The notes under the pieces were generated by a model, which ran no database searches, was not told where the DNA came from, and saw only the letters and a list, made by a program, of their open reading frames with translations. The position numbers and the translations under genes are program-made. A stretch of 64,000 nucleotides of DNA. Origin: an uncultured virus (IMG/VR IMGVR_UViG_3300013115_000259) (lineage: Duplodnaviria > Heunggongvirae > Uroviricota > Caudoviricetes). The DNA is taken from the IMG/VR virus record IMGVR_UViG_3300013115_000259; one strand, written 5' to 3'. Within the stretch, counting starts at the first letter, position 1; each line of letters opens with the position of its first letter. Positions 32,311 to 40,544 of this stretch are shown piece by piece.

Positions 32311-32341
32311 TTGACAATAGTTAAAATAGGGGGTATTTGCT

Positions 32342-32794
32342 CTGGCCTCAATCTTTCTTTTCATTTTAGGAATATTATATGCCAATGTGGTAGAATACGT
32401 GGTGCATCGGTACCTCTTCCACGGGCTAGGAAAGAAAGGAAATAGTATGTTTGCTTTTCATATCAGAGGGCATCATCTTACAGCTAGGAAGAATGAGTTT
32501 ATTGATCTCAAAGTATCCGCTAATGAAGCGCTGGGATTGCCTTTTCTTCTTTTGATACATCTTCCATTTTTGTGGTGGTCGCTCTCTTTCTTTGTTGCGT
32601 TGGCAGCATATGCGATGGCTTTTCTTCTTTTGCACAATTATCAACACAGAAACCCTGAGTTTACGAAGAAATATTTCTGGTGGCACTGGGATCATCATAT
32701 GGGAAACCAAAACAAAAGCTGGGGAGTTGTATTGCCGATAATGGATTTAGTCACAGGAACCCTGGAGAATCCGCTTGACTCTCGTACTGAATAA
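32342..32794 (+). CDS. Fatty acid hydroxylase / sterol desaturase family membrane di-metal enzyme (start uncertain: CTG 32342 or GTG 32387)
   Basis: Four His boxes (HRYLFH, HIRGHH, HNYQH, HWDHH) separated by hydrophobic helices, followed by 'NKSWGV....D...GT'. Confidence 0.8.
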   Translation: MASIFLFILGILYANVVEYVVHRYLFHGLGKKGNSMFAFHIRGHHLTARKNEFIDLKVSANEALGLPFLLLIHLPFLWWSLSFFVALAAYAMAFLLLHNYQHRNPEFTKKYFWWHWDHHMGNQNKSWGVVLPIMDLVTGTLENPLDSRTE

Positions 32795-32803
32795 TGTTAT
32801 AGT
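32775..32803 (+). promoter_or_regulatory. Sigma70-type promoter with extended -10, upstream of primase
   Basis: TTGACT, 17 nt spacer, TATAGT with TG one base upstream of the -10. Confidence 0.7.
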
Positions 32804-32817
32804 ATGTTTGAGGGCAT

Positions 32818-33756
32818 ATGAACAAGAAAGAAGCAAAGAGGATATTGCATGAGGCGTTTGGAAACTACATTGATAAGGGACGAGAACTTCTTTTCTCGTG
32901 TCCGTCATGTCGTCACCACAAACGCAAACTCTCTATTAATCTGGACAAAAATGCTTTTAAATGTTGGATATGTGATTATCATGGTCGCAATATTAGGCGT
33001 CTTGTTAGAAGGCATGGTACTTATAGCCAACTTCAGAAGTGGGAAGCAATATCGGGCAGATCGGATCTTGAAAGATTTGCTGATCTCTTTGTGGAGCGAG
33101 GCTTTGAGGAAGACAAAACAAAAGTCGAACTCCCGCTAGAGTTCCTTTCTCTTGCTACAAAAAATGTTCCAGCCACTGGGAGACAAGCAAAGAAATACCT
33201 GCGTTCACGCGGCGTTACAGACGCCGATATGGTACGTTGGAAGATGGGTTACTGCTTCTCCGGAGAGTACCGAAACCGTGTCATCATTCCGTCGTTTGAC
33301 GACGATGGAGATGTCAGTTATTTCATTGCAAGATCCTATAACGGAGATTCGTACAAGTATAAGAACCCGAAGGCATCAAAGAATATAGTTTTCAATGAAC
33401 TATTTATTAATTGGAACGATGACTTAACAATCGTTGAAGGAGTTTTTGATGCCGTTGTGGCAGGAAATGCTGCCCCCATCTTGGGTTCCACTCTCCGTAC
33501 AGATTCACGACTTATCCAAAATATCGTGTACAACGACACCCCCGTCTATATCGCCCTCGATCCAGACGCAGCCGACAAAGAAAGAAGGATTATTCAAACG
33601 CTTCTTAAATATGATATCGAATTATATAAGATCGACGTGAGCGGATATGAGGACGTGGGATCGATGCCGAAAGATGTTTTTCGTGAGAGAAAACAAAAAG
33701 CGACATTTATAGATAGAGACAACTATTTATTGTTGAATTTACTTTCGGCAATCTAG
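32818..33756 (+). CDS. dnaG: DNA primase (zinc finger + TOPRIM)
   Basis: Zinc-binding CPSC..H...CWIC, 'YLRSRG', 'NRVIIP', 'KYKNP', and TOPRIM motifs 'IVEGVFDA' and 'LDPDA'. Confidence 0.88.
   Translation: MNKKEAKRILHEAFGNYIDKGRELLFSCPSCRHHKRKLSINLDKNAFKCWICDYHGRNIRRLVRRHGTYSQLQKWEAISGRSDLERFADLFVERGFEEDKTKVELPLEFLSLATKNVPATGRQAKKYLRSRGVTDADMVRWKMGYCFSGEYRNRVIIPSFDDDGDVSYFIARSYNGDSYKYKNPKASKNIVFNELFINWNDDLTIVEGVFDAVVAGNAAPILGSTLRTDSRLIQNIVYNDTPVYIALDPDAADKERRIIQTLLKYDIELYKIDVSGYEDVGSMPKDVFRERKQKATFIDRDNYLLLNLLSAI
33722..33729 (+). promoter_or_regulatory. Candidate late promoter ACTATTTA upstream of the tubulin/FtsZ gene
   Basis: Within the 3' end of primase, 35 nt before ATG 33765. Confidence 0.45.
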
Positions 33757-33764
33757 GAGTTCAT

Positions 33765-34904
33765 ATGGATACAAAAGATAAAGACAATGAATTTGATTTT
33801 CTGCCACCAGCAGAACCTCCTCCCTCTTTTCAACAAGAGAAGGACAACTATCACGAAGAGGTAGCAGCAGAAGACTTCGGAATGGTTGAAGACTTCGGAC
33901 TTCAAATGGAGTTTTCAGATGAAGATCTGCTTCCAGAAAATACCGCCCCCTCTTCGCTGAATATCGGCTTCGTTGGTGTTGGCGGCGGTGGCAACAAAAT
34001 GGCTAATGCTTTTATTGAGCTTGGCTTTAACAAGACGTTGCTTGTCAATACCACCAGTAAAGATATACCTAAGAATACAGCGGAAGAGCATGTGGTTTTA
34101 ATTCCGGATTCTGATGGAATTGGAAAGAATGTAGAATACGGTAAAGAGGTGCTAGCACAAAATGGCGCAATTATCGAAGATGCCCTTCGCATCAAACTTG
34201 GAAAAGTGGATTGGTTAATTGTGATGGCTGGCGGTGGTGGCGGAACTGGTAGTTCTGTGACGGCGCTCCATCCTGTATTTGAGCGTTATATGAAGTCTGT
34301 CCAATCAGGCGGAAAGGTTTTGTATGTAGTGTCTTGGCCAACAGCGCAAGAGAATCTTAATCCTACAATCGCTAGGAATGCTTTAACTCTCGTTAATGAT
34401 GTCTCTAAACATCCTAATATTGTTCTAGATAATGAAAGATCAACCAGGCTCCTCAGAGGAAGAATCGGAATGCTTGGTATGTATCCCGTGGCTAATACTC
34501 AATTTGCTAAGTCACTAGCGCAGGTTCTAAAGCTTTCCACGGAAGATTCTCCAATTCAGTCTTTTGACTCTAAAGACTTGGAAACATGCTTGGGGAATGA
34601 TGGGCGCGCCTTCTTGGGCTCAACGATGATTAAAGATCCTAACACAGGAAAGCTTGGCTCTGTGATTCTTCACAACTGTATGAATCGTTCTTCATGTCCT
34701 CCACCAAAAGGCAAAGCATCCGCAGGGTCGCTTATCTTGGTCGCATCCGAAGAAATGGTTGCGGATCCGAGAGTAAGTAAACATTTAGAATCTGCCATCG
34801 CATATGTTGGCGGAAGATGTGAAACACTTTTTTCAGGCGTTTATGTTCGTAAGAATGTGCCTGGATTGATTGCGATACTAAGTATGAATGGTTTAAAAAC
34901 ATAG
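33765..34904 (+). CDS. FtsZ/tubulin-family GTPase (PhuZ/TubZ-like) with an acidic N-terminal extension
   Basis: T1 loop 'GVGGGGNKM', 'LLVNT', 'GIGKNVEYG', T4 signature 'GGGGGTGSS', 'LDNE', and T7-like 'SFDSKDL'. Confidence 0.88.
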   Translation: MDTKDKDNEFDFLPPAEPPPSFQQEKDNYHEEVAAEDFGMVEDFGLQMEFSDEDLLPENTAPSSLNIGFVGVGGGGNKMANAFIELGFNKTLLVNTTSKDIPKNTAEEHVVLIPDSDGIGKNVEYGKEVLAQNGAIIEDALRIKLGKVDWLIVMAGGGGGTGSSVTALHPVFERYMKSVQSGGKVLYVVSWPTAQENLNPTIARNALTLVNDVSKHPNIVLDNERSTRLLRGRIGMLGMYPVANTQFAKSLAQVLKLSTEDSPIQSFDSKDLETCLGNDGRAFLGSTMIKDPNTGKLGSVILHNCMNRSSCPPPKGKASAGSLILVASEEMVADPRVSKHLESAIAYVGGRCETLFSGVYVRKNVPGLIAILSMNGLKT

Positions 34905-34915
34905 GAAATTATAAA

Positions 34916-35713
34916 ATGAAAATCACAAAATCACAACTTAAAAAAGTTATTAAAGAAGAACAAACCAGAGTTCTAATCGAACACGAACTTCGCAAGATGA
35001 AGAGAATTGACGAAGGAAAGATGAAGGATCTAGCTAAACGACTGGGCGTTCCTCTTGCTCTTGTTACTGCAATTGCTGCAGGAATAGAGGCTCCCACTTC
35101 TGTAGATATTCCTGCGGAAGCACCAGGGGTTGAACAGACGGCCGATGCTCCACGTCCGGGAGACCACGGCGGTTCATATACGATTGACCCAGAAACCGGC
35201 AAAATCATACAGACCGCCCCGGGGCAAATGACGATAGATGCCATCCAGCAGGTAGACAAGCCCCCGACCCACCATGTCAAAATGACGCTCGACAAAGACA
35301 ATACTTTCGGCCCAGGTTCGACTATGTCAAAAGATCTACAGACATACCACTGGACTCATCCGGATGATCCCCCGCCTCCCGGTTTTAAGGGGAGAGTGGT
35401 GAAAGACTTTAAAGAATCTAAAATGAAAGTCACCAAATCACAACTTAAGAAGATGATCCAAGAAGAACTTGGCGCCATAATGTCAGAAAAAAAGAAGAAG
35501 AACTGGGCTAAAAAAGCGTCAGACAGTATAGAAAAGAAAGGCACCGAAGGCGAGTTTACTAAGTATTGCGACGGCGACGTAACGCAAGCATGCGTTGACC
35601 GAGCAGCCTCCGGAAGTTCTACGAAGCGCAAGAAGCAAGCGGCGTTTGCTGCTAATATTAACAGTCATGATGATTTGACATATCCCAAAGGAAAGGCAAA
35701 GAAAAAGAAATGA
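34916..35713 (+). CDS. Hypothetical protein with two 'MKITKSQLK..I.EE' leader copies; candidate internal head protein
   Basis: The motif occurs at 34916 and again in frame at 35423; AGGA SD. Confidence 0.6.
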   Translation: MKITKSQLKKVIKEEQTRVLIEHELRKMKRIDEGKMKDLAKRLGVPLALVTAIAAGIEAPTSVDIPAEAPGVEQTADAPRPGDHGGSYTIDPETGKIIQTAPGQMTIDAIQQVDKPPTHHVKMTLDKDNTFGPGSTMSKDLQTYHWTHPDDPPPPGFKGRVVKDFKESKMKVTKSQLKKMIQEELGAIMSEKKKKNWAKKASDSIEKKGTEGEFTKYCDGDVTQACVDRAASGSSTKRKKQAAFAANINSHDDLTYPKGKAKKKK

Positions 35714-36057
35714 AAATCACAAAACAACAACTTAAACAACTTATTAAAGAAGAGATATTAAAAGAAACCGATTGGTATGATCTTGAAAAAGAAACACCAC
35801 CGCCGCTTTCAAAGGGCGTTGAGACAGCCGAACTGGACGTAGAGGCTCTTAGGCAAGTATTACAAGCTACTCTTGGTGAATATGACCCCGACGAACCAGA
35901 TAGCGTTTATTCTGTTGTTCGCGGCGTTGAGCGCGCATTAGACATGCTAGGGGAACCAGTCTCAGCAGATGTAGAGCCAGAAGAGGAAGTGTCAGATGAA
36001 GAAACACTACGCCTTAGCGCCCCAAAAGAAAAGCCGAAATATAACTGGGAGAGATAA
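35710..36057 (+). CDS. Hypothetical protein with MKITKQQLKQLIKEE leader
   Basis: ATGA overlap with the previous gene; carries the motif. Confidence 0.6.
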   Translation: MKITKQQLKQLIKEEILKETDWYDLEKETPPPLSKGVETAELDVEALRQVLQATLGEYDPDEPDSVYSVVRGVERALDMLGEPVSADVEPEEEVSDEETLRLSAPKEKPKYNWER

Positions 36058-36058
36058 G

Positions 36059-36994
36059 ATGCAGATATCTGAAGCAAGGCTTAGAGAGATTGTTTTAGAA
36101 GAAGTTAAGAAGCGCATGCGCCAGGAATTGGAAGAGCAAGTGGTTCAAATACTTATTGCTGAAGGCATTCTGGATAAAATTAGACGGGCAGAGATTCCTG
36201 ATTCTTGGAAACGCGCAGCAGGGATATTAGGGATTGGAGCGGTATTAATTGGAGGCACTATGTTTGGAGGAGAATACGCTTCTCATGCTCAGGAAAAATC
36301 ATTAGAAAACCAAATTGGGCAAGCTATGCAAGACTCTGCCGAGAAAGCTAAAGGACTCAAAAACTTTAGGCAGCTGGCTTCTATTCCTGACTATGCCGGC
36401 TCACCCGTTGGGGCGCCCATAGCCACTGCTGAACAGGCATCGCAGGTAATGGAAGATTTTCAATTTGCTCACATCGATGATTGGGCTAGCGCCACAGAAG
36501 TTTTAGAGCCAGGCGCCGGCCTGCCCACAGAAGGTTTTGGATATGTTCCAGCAGATCAGATTGGTGATAATGAAGTGTTGCCATTCGTGGGAATGACTAA
36601 AGCAGATTATGAAACACTACTTAGGGCATTTTATTTAGACGATCCAGGAGGACAAGGCGATCAGCGATTAGAGGATCTTGTGATGGGCGGCGGCCAACGC
36701 GGCTCATCTATGTATTGGTCATATGGCGGTGGGGACTATCCAGCATTTGGATTTTTTAATCCTGGCGAAGATGTTGGCCAACGCGGTATGATGTTACCGC
36801 CCGAGTGGAGCGTAGCATACGATCTGCTGCAGACACGCGAAGCAAGAGCAGCAGGGCTTGATATAGAGCCCCCATCACAACCAGGAGGGATCCCGCTTGA
36901 AGCTCCTTCAGACGATATGAGTATTCCGCTTGGACAAACAACATACAAAGAAATGAAAATAATCATAAAGAAAGAACTTGCAAAGTTTCTATAG
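36059..36994 (+). CDS. Hypothetical protein with MQISEARLREIVLEE leader and one TM helix (true start likely 36059, not 35996)
   Basis: GGGAG SD upstream of ATG 36059, leader motif, and hydrophobic 'AAGILGIGAVLIGGTMF'. Confidence 0.6.
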   Translation: MQISEARLREIVLEEVKKRMRQELEEQVVQILIAEGILDKIRRAEIPDSWKRAAGILGIGAVLIGGTMFGGEYASHAQEKSLENQIGQAMQDSAEKAKGLKNFRQLASIPDYAGSPVGAPIATAEQASQVMEDFQFAHIDDWASATEVLEPGAGLPTEGFGYVPADQIGDNEVLPFVGMTKADYETLLRAFYLDDPGGQGDQRLEDLVMGGGQRGSSMYWSYGGGDYPAFGFFNPGEDVGQRGMMLPPEWSVAYDLLQTREARAAGLDIEPPSQPGGIPLEAPSDDMSIPLGQTTYKEMKIIIKKELAKFL

Positions 36995-37006
36995 ATGTGA
37001 TATATT
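36978..37006 (+). promoter_or_regulatory. Sigma70-type promoter with extended -10, upstream of a small ORF and the SbcCD fusion
   Basis: TTGCAA, 17 nt spacer, TATATT with TG extension. Confidence 0.6.
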
Positions 37007-37024
37007 ATATGTGGAGGTAAAGAA

Positions 37025-37120
37025 ATGATTTCTTTTTTGCAAAGAGTTCTGGTTGATAGTATTATGATTACTTTAGTTTATTGGATTGGGGGTGCATTAA
37101 CCACCATTGTGTTCGGATAA
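37025..37120 (+). CDS. 31 aa single-TM small protein (MISFLQRVLVDSIMITLVYWIGGALTTIVFG), not in the ORF track
   Basis: Strong GGAGGT SD 6 nt upstream; fills the gap between the promoter and the sbcCD-like gene. Confidence 0.6.
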   Translation: MISFLQRVLVDSIMITLVYWIGGALTTIVFG

Positions 37121-37129
37121 GGTGAATGC

Positions 37130-40100
37130 GTGAGATTTGCACATATAGCTGACACCCACATTAAAAATTTAAAGTTCCATTACGAATACCGAATCATATT
37201 TGAAGAATTGTATGAGACTTTAAGGAAAGAAAAAGTAGATTGCATTGTTCATTGTGGGGACATAGCACACACAAAAACACAGATTTCCCCAGAGTTCGTG
37301 GAGATGTGTTCAGATTTCTTTATGAATCTGGCTAACATCGCACCGACATATATTATTCTCGGTAACCACGATGGGAACTTAAAGAACAGCAGTCGCCAGG
37401 ACGCACTCACGCCTATTGTGAATGCTCTTAATATGGACGATTTACACTTACTCAAGGACTCAGGCGAAGTTCATTTAAACGATAAGTTTTGTTTGAATGT
37501 GCTTTCTGTCTTTGATCGGGAGAATTGGGTTGAGCCATCTGACTCCGATAAGATAAACATCGCGCTTTATCACGGCTCAATCAGTAAATGTAAAACAGAT
37601 ACAAACTGGACGATGAGCTATGGCGATGATGATATTAGTATCTTTGACGAGTTTGATTATACAATGCTTGGAGATATTCATCGTCGTCAGTTCTTAGATG
37701 AAGAGGGCCGCATTTGGTATGCTGGTTCTACTGTCCAACAGAATCAGGGCGAGACGAATGACAAAGGCATTCTGCTTTGGGATATTAAATCAAAAGACGA
37801 TTGGGAAATAGAACCAATTGTTTTTAAGAATCCAAAGCCGTTCATGACTATCGAGCTTACGCCAAAGGGTAGAATGCCACGAAACATCGATGTGCCCCCT
37901 AATGCTCGACTGCGATTGGTAAGTAATAATAACTTACCGTTGAGCGTAATGAAGAAAGCGATTAACATCGCAAAGTATAGATTCAAGCCCGAATCGATAA
38001 CATTCCTAAATCGTGCGGCAGGTGATCGAGGTACCGTTGATGAGTTAACAGACACCCTTAAGACAGAGAATCTGCGAGATCCTGTAGTCCAAGAAGAATT
38101 GATTCGAGAATACTTAAAAGATTATCAAGTTGAAGAATCTCTTATGAAACAGGTGCTTGAACTCAATAAAAAATATAGCTCAATTGTTGAAGAAGGAGAA
38201 GAAATCTCCAGAAATATTAACTGGAAGCTAGATACTTTTGAGTGGGACAATTTATTTAATTACGGTGGAGAGAATAAAATTGATTTTTCTAATATGTCGG
38301 GGGTTATTGGAGTCTTTGGAAAGAACTTTTCTGGGAAGAGTAGCATTATCGATTCTTTACTTTACACTGTATTCAATTCAACGTCTAAGAACGAAAGAAA
38401 AAACTTAAATGTTATTAATCAAAACAAGCCTAGCGCCTCCGGAAAAGTCGTAATCAATGTAGGGAATAAGACTTATACAATTGAACGTGAATCTGAAAAA
38501 TACATTAAACGACTCAAAGGCGAAGAAACACTTGAAGCAAAGACGGATTTAAATTTTGAATGTTATGATAAAGTTTTAGGCTCTACTACCAGTTTAAACG
38601 GCTTGACGCGCAACGAGACAGATAAGATTATCAGAAAGCAGTTTGGCACTATGGAAGACTTTTTGATGTCTTCTATGGCAGCGCAGCACGGTTCGTTATC
38701 CTTTATTGATGAGGGCTCTACTCGTCGCAAGGAGATTATCGCTAAATTCCTTGACTTAGAGATTTTTGAACAAAAATTTAAGATAGCCAAGGAAGATAGT
38801 ATTGATTTAAAGGGCGCCCTAAAAAGACTAGAAGAAAGAGAGTTTGATAATGAAATCACAGAAGCCTCAGATGATTTGCGGAAAAACGAAAAGAGACTTA
38901 CAAAGCAAGAGAAGGCTTGTGGGCTATTACAGGCGACTATTGAACAAAAACAAGTAAAATTAAATGAACTAGAAAAGCTCATTGATTCTATTCCTGCGAC
39001 GATCATTGATATTGCCACGGTTAGAGAGAAAATGCGCAACAAGAAAATCCAGATCGCCGCATTGAAAACAACCAACCAAGACTTATTATCTGGCCAAGAA
39101 GAAAAAGAAGGATTGATTCTAAAGGCGACAGAACTTTTGGACAATATTGATATTGAAGAGTTGTTAAAGAAAGAAGAAAAACTAACACAGCTAAAAGACA
39201 AGCTTGTTACAAAACAGCAGGAACTAAAGACAGCGGAAGAAGATTTAAAGAGAAATAATCTTAAAGCAAATCTATTAGATGATATTCCGTGCGGCGATCA
39301 ATATCCTAAATGTAAGTTTATTAAAGATGCGCATGTTGCTGTCGCTAATATCCCTGAATCTCAACAGGCTGTACAGGATCTCAATTATTTGTTGAATTCT
39401 CTTCATGAAGTTGTTGAGAGCGACGAGACAAAGCGAACCTATGATTTAATCGATAAACACAAAAAGGTTACAGTTAGAAAGAGACAAGTGGAAACTCAAT
39501 TGTCTGAAGTTAAACTTAAGATAGAAAAGAATAATGTTTCCTTTGAAAGGCTTCAAAATGAAATATCCCAATTGGCTGTTGATGTGGAGTCTTATGAAGA
39601 AAATAAAGAGGCAATTGAAAATCTTGAACACTTAATGAGAGATAAAAGGAATCTTCTAACACAAGAGAAGAAAACAAAAACAAAGTTAGAAAAGTGTCAG
39701 GAAGAGGTGTTAGAGTTGTACAAGGCTCATGGCTCTCTGGAGCAAAAGCTAGTATCTTTGCGGGAACTCAAAGAAGAATTTCACAATCTTCGTGAAGAGT
39801 ATTCGGCATACGATTTATATATGCGCTGCATGCACTCCAGTGGCGTGGCATATGATATTATTAAGAAGCAGCTTCCTGTTATCAATCAAGAAATTGCAAA
39901 GGTTCTGGCTAATATTGTAGATTTCGAAGTCTTCTTCGAAGATTCTGGAAAGAAATTTGATATTTTCATTAAACACCCGAAGCATGGCGAACGTCCGATT
40001 GAAATGGCATCTGGTGCAGAAAAAACAATGGGAGCCATGGCTATTCGCTTAGCCTTATTATCTGTCTCCTCGTTGCCAAAAGGCGACATCTTCATTCTTG

Positions 40101-40279
40101 ACGAACCAGGAACCGCGTTAGATGAAGAAAACATGGAAGGTTTCATTCGTATTTTAGATCTAGTTAAGGTATACTTTAAAAATGTTTTACTCATTTCGCA
40201 TCTCGATTCTCTCAAAGATTGCGTCGATATGCAAATCGTTATTGATAAGAAAGACGGATTCGCCTATGTTTACCAATGA
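37130..40279 (+). CDS. Fused SbcD/Mre11 (gp47) nuclease and SbcC/Rad50 (gp46) ATPase
   Basis: Phosphoesterase motifs ADTH, CGDI, GNHD, YHG, LGDIH; Walker A GKNFSGKSS; long coiled coil; signature ASGAE; Walker B FILDEP; H-loop ISH. Confidence 0.92.
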   Translation: MRFAHIADTHIKNLKFHYEYRIIFEELYETLRKEKVDCIVHCGDIAHTKTQISPEFVEMCSDFFMNLANIAPTYIILGNHDGNLKNSSRQDALTPIVNALNMDDLHLLKDSGEVHLNDKFCLNVLSVFDRENWVEPSDSDKINIALYHGSISKCKTDTNWTMSYGDDDISIFDEFDYTMLGDIHRRQFLDEEGRIWYAGSTVQQNQGETNDKGILLWDIKSKDDWEIEPIVFKNPKPFMTIELTPKGRMPRNIDVPPNARLRLVSNNNLPLSVMKKAINIAKYRFKPESITFLNRAAGDRGTVDELTDTLKTENLRDPVVQEELIREYLKDYQVEESLMKQVLELNKKYSSIVEEGEEISRNINWKLDTFEWDNLFNYGGENKIDFSNMSGVIGVFGKNFSGKSSIIDSLLYTVFNSTSKNERKNLNVINQNKPSASGKVVINVGNKTYTIERESEKYIKRLKGEETLEAKTDLNFECYDKVLGSTTSLNGLTRNETDKIIRKQFGTMEDFLMSSMAAQHGSLSFIDEGSTRRKEIIAKFLDLEIFEQKFKIAKEDSIDLKGALKRLEEREFDNEITEASDDLRKNEKRLTKQEKACGLLQATIEQKQVKLNELEKLIDSIPATIIDIATVREKMRNKKIQIAALKTTNQDLLSGQEEKEGLILKATELLDNIDIEELLKKEEKLTQLKDKLVTKQQELKTAEEDLKRNNLKANLLDDIPCGDQYPKCKFIKDAHVAVANIPESQQAVQDLNYLLNSLHEVVESDETKRTYDLIDKHKKVTVRKRQVETQLSEVKLKIEKNNVSFERLQNEISQLAVDVESYEENKEAIENLEHLMRDKRNLLTQEKKTKTKLEKCQEEVLELYKAHGSLEQKLVSLRELKEEFHNLREEYSAYDLYMRCMHSSGVAYDIIKKQLPVINQEIAKVLANIVDFEVFFEDSGKKFDIFIKHPKHGERPIEMASGAEKTMGAMAIRLALLSVSSLPKGDIFILDEPGTALDEENMEGFIRILDLVKVYFKNVLLISHLDSLKDCVDMQIVIDKKDGFAYVYQ

Positions 40280-40544
40280 TAAAGTTAAAGAACCTAAAAA
40301 ATTTATTATCCTTCCATATGATTCAGAAAAGAAGTTAATAGACAAGAGAGCACATATCAAACATCCTAAAGAGATAGACATGGATGATATTCACAGGTTC
40401 TTGGATTACGTTTATGAAATGGAGAGCGTCATAGAAGATATTAGGGACTATTTACCTGATGATGTACGAGTTCAAAAGAGACTGAGAAAATTAGATCGCA
40501 TACAAGTTCCATTAATCAATGAGAAGGATTTAGAGAAAAAATGA
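40266..40544 (+). CDS. Hypothetical protein (start likely ATG 40266)
   Basis: Fills the gap between the sbcCD-like gene and the next gene. Confidence 0.45.
   Translation: MFTNDKVKEPKKFIILPYDSEKKLIDKRAHIKHPKEIDMDDIHRFLDYVYEMESVIEDIRDYLPDDVRVQKRLRKLDRIQVPLINEKDLEKK

Noticed and set aside
32311..32340. TTGACA as a promoter for the hydroxylase gene
   Set aside because: The -35 is perfect but the -10 at 17 nt (TATTTG) is poor and would overlap the proposed SD/start region.
33765..34904. Calling the tubulin-family gene a canonical host ftsZ or evidence of a phage nucleus
   Set aside because: It has a variant signature loop and lacks the FtsZ C-terminal tail and dcw context; no chimallin-like gene is recognisable in this window.
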